A stretch of 64,000 nucleotides of DNA, from positions 499,489 to 563,488 of the forward strand of contig MU063211.1 of NCBI GenBank assembly GCA_013265495.1, in the 5' to 3' direction. Below, piece by piece: positions 55,330 to 64,000 of this stretch; within the stretch, counting starts at the first letter, position 1, and every line of letters starts with the position of its first letter. Below the pieces are notes generated by a model. That model had not been told where the DNA came from. It did no database searches and was given only the letters and a program-made list of their open reading frames with translations. Source of the DNA: Vicugna vicugna. Lineage: Eukaryota. The position numbers were made by a program, and so were the translations under genes.

Positions 55330-55527
55330 CACACGGGTCAGGCCCACGGCGCGGCCCCTTTAAGTGCAGTCCTGCCGGCTGCCATCGGGGGCAGCACCGA
55401 GCAGCCCGGCGGCCTCGCGCCGCTGCCTCGAAGCTTCTGCCGGTGCCGGGGACGCGGCGAAGTGGGGGACGGCGGAGCGCGCGCCGGCCTGAGCAGCCCA
55501 CCGGGCGCGGTGGGGATTACCGTCCAG
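55330..55527 (+). promoter_or_regulatory. AJM1: CpG-island promoter and putative non-coding exon 1 of AJM1
   Basis: CpG-rich island, TATA-like tttaag at about 55359, and a strong donor CAG|GTAAGG at 55527/55528. Confidence 0.65.
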
Positions 55528-57207
55528 GTAAGGGGTCCGGGGCAGTTGCCCATCGCATCCTTCGCGGGTGGGGCACCCGCAGGGATGCGGGTGCTGCCCC
55601 GAGAGGACGCGGGCAGGTCCGCACCCGGGAGCTGCCGGGGCCAGGGACGGCCTGCGCGGCAGGGAAGGCCACCCGCGGGGCTCATTAGGCCCAGGACCCC
55701 GGCGCGGGTGGACCTTCCCATCCCATCCCCACGGGAAGGGGTGTCGCCCAGTCTAGCTCCTCACCGCAGCAGCATCAAGGCCGGGCTGTCACCTCCCTGG
55801 GGCGGAGCCTCAAGCCCTGTCATCCAGCCCCCAATTCCGGCCTGGCTTTGAGCTTAGGATGGAAGTGGGTGGGAGGGTGATGGTCCTGGGAACCAGGAAT
55901 AGTTGAGGGGATAGGCTGGGAACTGGAATGGGGACAGACACTGGGCCAGGGTGGCCCTGATTGGGCAGGGCAGCCCTGCCAGCAGGAAGCCCCTTGCACA
56001 CCTGGGACACGGAGGATCATCCAGACCAGAGGTCCTGCCAGCTGAGGGTCCAGCTCTCCACTTTCCCCATCTCACCCTGGAGCATGCTCCCCTAGACGGT
56101 GGGAGGGGCAGGGGACCCTGCTTCCACTGACTGAGCCCCCCTCCCCAGCCTCTCCAGGCTCCTGGCATCACAGAGAAGCTGGTGGTCCAAGTCTGAATGT
56201 GAGCCTGGCTGGGACGAGCGGATCCCAGCCCAGCCCGCAGGCGGGGGCGTGGAACCTCAGGTTTCCATGGAGCCTTCCCGAGCTTCTGTGGGGAGGGCCT
56301 TCCTGGGAATCAGGGGTGGGCTGCGGGGGCTTTACCCGCCCACTGCCCTGCTTCCCCTGCTGGCAGACTCCTGGCCTGATGCACTGCTCAGGGAACCAGG
56401 GGCAGCCTTGAGCTCCGGCTCACACGCCCCCACGTGGTCCTACAGCCGGGTTCTGGTTTCCGGCTGTAGTGCACCGGCTGCAAAGCTGAGAGGGTCTCTC
56501 CTTGGGGTTTGTCATGATAGCCCCAAAAAGCTTGGTGGATTTCAACCACCCCAAGATGAGTCAGAGAATGTTTCTGCAAATGAAAGGGGGGGCATGAGGG
56601 CCCAGGTATGATCTTCGGATGCATTCTGGACCGGGCCACATGGAGAGTTGAGAGTAGGGCAGGCAAGTCTGTGAGCTTAGATGCCATGTCTGGACCTGAT
56701 GGGGCCACCTCAGGGCCCCCTGGGGCCTCAGGACTGGGGCTTGACACAGTGTGGGAGAGGATTCCACGCCCAGCCTGGTCAGCAGGTAGAGGGGAGGCTC
56801 GGGTGACTGAGCAGAGCTGATAAGGGTAGAGCCTGGGGCTGCCCTCAGACTGCACCATTGGAGGGAGGGCTCACTCTGCACTGGGTGCCTGGAGGGGGCT
56901 TCGGTCACCTACAGGCTTTATGGAGCCAACACCTATAAAGAAATCTGTAAAGGTCCCAGATGAGCAGTCATTCCAGCTGTGGGTACCACAGTGGTGGTCC
57001 AGGGACCACACTCCCACTCTTCCTCCCAGAAAGATGTCTACCTACACCTGCCCAGTGGTCACTAGTGGGTGCAGGAGCTCGGAAACCACTGCAGTGACAT
57101 CCCCTTTCTGGCTCACCTGCCTCATCCCAGCAGAAACTGGCCCAGAAAGGATGGTCTGGATACGGGGGCAGGATCTGAGTGGCTGGACAGCTGGGTTCCT
57201 CCTGCAG

Positions 57208-57291
57208 GTGCTTCTGACGCCGGCATGGAACAAGCGCCTGCGGCCTCGGCCAGGGCCCGGCGCCAGGGCTGCCCTGCCCACTGTGCCCCAG
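57208..57291 (+). other. AJM1: Putative 5' UTR exon 2 of AJM1
   Basis: Acceptor ttcctcctgcag| at 57207 and donor CAG|GTAAGC at 57291, then a 75-nt intron to acceptor cttccccccag| at 57366. Confidence 0.7.
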
Positions 57292-57388
57292 GTAAGCCGG
57301 GCCAGCGCTGGGGGTTAGCGGGGCCTGGGCTGCAGAGGGGCTGCCCTGACCCGCGTCTTCCCCCAGGGCGAAAGCCCCAAAAGGCTGA

Positions 57389-60346
<2,958 letters not shown>

Positions 60347-60366
60347 ACCCGGGGGCGCGTCCTGGC

Positions 60367-60475
60367 CCCGCCCAGTCCACCCAGAGCCCACCCTGAACCC
60401 CATCCAGTCCACCTGAGCCCCGCCCAGTCCACCTAGGGCCCACCCACCGAACCCCACCCAGTCCATCCAGAACCC
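60367..60475. repeat. Imperfect C-rich tandem repeat at the start of the AJM1 3' UTR
   Basis: ccagtcca core repeated 4 times at irregular 23-31 nt spacing (gccccgcccagtccacc...). Confidence 0.7.
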
Positions 60476-62439
60476 TGCCTCTGCCACGCCTTGAGTCCCC
60501 CAGGCCCCGCCTATGTCCCGCCCCTTTGCGTTCTCCACAGGCCCCGCCTTTCCCTCCTCGCCCTCGCCTATTATTCCGCACCCCGCCAAGCCTCGCCCAA
60601 GCTTTCCTTTCTCCCCAAGCTCGCCCTCGGGCCTCCCCAGAGGCCGGTCCTCGGCCGCTTGGTGCTTCCCGCTGGGAGGTGGGGTGGGTCTGAGGACCGC
60701 TCCGCCCCGCCTTCACGCAGAGGGGTCACTACTGCAGACCCCACCGCACACATCCGGTTCGTCCGTCCCCTGTCCATCTGCAGGGCCTCCCTGGAACTTT
60801 CCCAACCCTGGCTCGCCCTGGTCCAGGAGCCCGTGTTGACCAAAGCCTCATCCCGTCCCTTTAAACTCAGCCTCCCACCCGCCTCCCGTGGTCTGGAATG
60901 CGTCCTGCTCAGAGGCCTTTCCTCTCTAGAGGACACCCTGATTGGCCTCCGTATGTCCGCGTCACGAGCATGCTCCAGCCTGGTGGGCCGGGCCGGCGTG
61001 TAACCGCGGTTTGTTTCTCCCGGCCCCCGCTGTGCCAGACCTTGAGCACGCACATTGACGGCGCTACCCGCCCTGCTGCAGGGTTTGGGGCTAGCGGCAG
61101 TGAAGGGGTACTCGGCATGGGAGGGTCTTCAGCCAAGGCACAAGACACGCCGCCAGAAGGAAGGGGTTCCTGGGCGGGGGAAGCACAGGGTATGTGTAGG
61201 GGCGCCGGCCAGTGCTGAGACCTGGTTGGGCGAGCAAACGGCAGCGCTGGCCCTAACCTCACAGGGAGACAGGAAGCAGGTGAAGGATGGATGAGCGGGA
61301 GGGGCTGAGGAAGCCGTCCAGGAGAGCCTCTATTCTCTGGAGTAGAGAGGACAAAAGAGGAGGGGCGTTCCCAGTTTGGAACCGGGAGGAGGAAGTGTAG
61401 ATGGGAACAGGCGAGGGAGCGAGCTAGTCCGCCAGGGCGATGGTCCATCCGGAGAGATGGGGGCATGATTGCATAAACACCCCCGTGCGCGCGCCCGCGC
61501 GACCTGGCCGCGCTCTGTGGTGAGGGCTGGACACGCGAGGCTTGCAGCCAGGTTCCAGTTCCCTGGAGCGCAAGTTCCGGTGTCCCTCGTATCCCGCCCT
61601 CCCCCGGGGTGCGCTCCAAATATGGTTAGTGACCTGCAGAGGGGGTGAGGCCAGGCGCCCGCCAGGGCCCTCCTGTAGCCCCCAAACCCCCATCGGGGCC
61701 AAGTGGGGCACCATTTAAATTTAATTGCGGACGTCCCCCCAATCACCTGCCTTCTTTCCCGGTCCTCGCCCCCGACTGCACCCGTGCCCATCTCCCCTCA
61801 TCCCTTCCCCAACACGCCCGCGCGCCTGCCTCGGCTCCGCGCATTTGCACAGGCCAACGTGCCCCGCTTGCCCCACTGGCCTTCGCGGCCTCCCAAACCT
61901 GGCCGCTGCGCCCCCTCGCCCCTGGGCCTCGGCCTTCCTCCCCGCGCCTGAGGGCCGGCGGTCCAGGAAGGATCCTGGACCGGGATTACTTCCAGAGGGC
62001 GAGCGCTTTCGAACCAAGGAAAATAGAACTCGAATGTAGCCAGTGCTGCCTCGTTCATTGTGCAGAGTGGGTGGGATGCAGGATGCAGTGCTTCGGAAAC
62101 GGGGGAGACCATGGAATAATGGCGGAGAGACAGGGGAGATCTTCGGACACAATGGGGGAAGGGGGAGGGAGGAAAGTCATAGGACAGCACGGGGCTGCGG
62201 GGGAGAGCGAGGGACTCGGACACAGCGCGGGGGCCCGGGAGGGAGGCCATGGGACAGCGTGGGGGGTATGGGAAGGGAGGCCTTCGGTAACGGTAGAGGG
62301 GACCAGGGCCGGCGCGCGTTCCCTCGGGCATCACGGGCCGCCGAGCCCCCTCCAAAGGGGCCTGTCATCCACTCCCGACCCCACTGGTAAGGAACTTAAA
62401 CTCGGTTACATTGAACCATCACCTACTCCTGCTGCCACG

Positions 62440-62667
62440 TTCTCCTTTAAATGGGGCCGGCGTGGTGTTGGGCTGCAAAGAGCTGGATTGCGATTGGCCA
62501 GTCCGTGCTGCGCGTTGGCGGCACGATTGGCTGAGGCGCTGGGCCCGGGCAGCATGTCCCCACGGGATTGGTCAAGAGCCTCGAGGCTCCGCCCTCCACG
62601 CTGACGTGCACCCCGGGGTCGCGATGGGAAGGGCCACAGGCCTCAGGGGCGGGCGCCCTCCGGGAAC
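62440..62667 (+). promoter_or_regulatory. PHPT1: PHPT1 promoter with three inverted CCAAT boxes and a CRE-like site
   Basis: ATTGG at 62493, 62526 and 62567, TGACGT at 62602-62607, and GC boxes within a CpG island. Confidence 0.65.
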
Positions 62668-63913
<1,246 letters not shown>

Positions 63914-64000
63914 GGCCCACCGGAGGCCTGCCGCCTCCAGGACCCTCTCAGAACTCTGCCCTCGAGGCCCCTTCCAAGGAGCTGGACTGCAGCCCCTGGC

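Noticed and set aside
61645-62604. 319-aa plus-strand ORF between AJM1 and PHPT1
   Set aside because: GTG start, low complexity, overlaps the PHPT1 promoter island, no recognisable homology.

Overview
Very GC-rich mammalian genomic DNA, syntenic with human 9q34.3. The tRNA-derived SINEs match my recollection of the camelid Vic-1 family, so the source is probably a camel, llama or alpaca (inference). The left part holds a minus-strand cluster of three TATA-driven lipocalin genes: LCN6 (exons 1-2 only, cut by the window edge), LCN8 (7 coding exons, 172 aa) and LCN15 (6 coding exons plus a non-coding exon 7; 184 or 188 aa). The right part holds five plus-strand genes: TMEM141 (108 aa), CCDC183 (14 exons, 534 aa), RABL6 (15 exons, 718 aa), AJM1/C9orf172 (single coding exon, 975 aa, with two upstream 5' exons) and PHPT1 (125 aa). 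All gene models were rebuilt by hand from splice sites, and their exon phases close into uninterrupted frames. Intergenic and intronic DNA carries decayed L1, MLT1, ERV1-type LTR, MIR and L2 elements, four SINEs, several minisatellites and an 11-N assembly gap. I found no convincing new protein-coding gene or new multi-gene system. The most interesting leads are regulatory: upstream and overlapping ORFs in the AJM1 and RABL6 leaders, a nuclear-receptor-motif-rich segment upstream of LCN8, a nested transposon stack where rodents have Lcn5, a candidate divergent antisense transcript across CCDC183, a rare GAG splice acceptor, and variant polyA signals. Family names for repeats and orthologs come from recognition, not from a database search.
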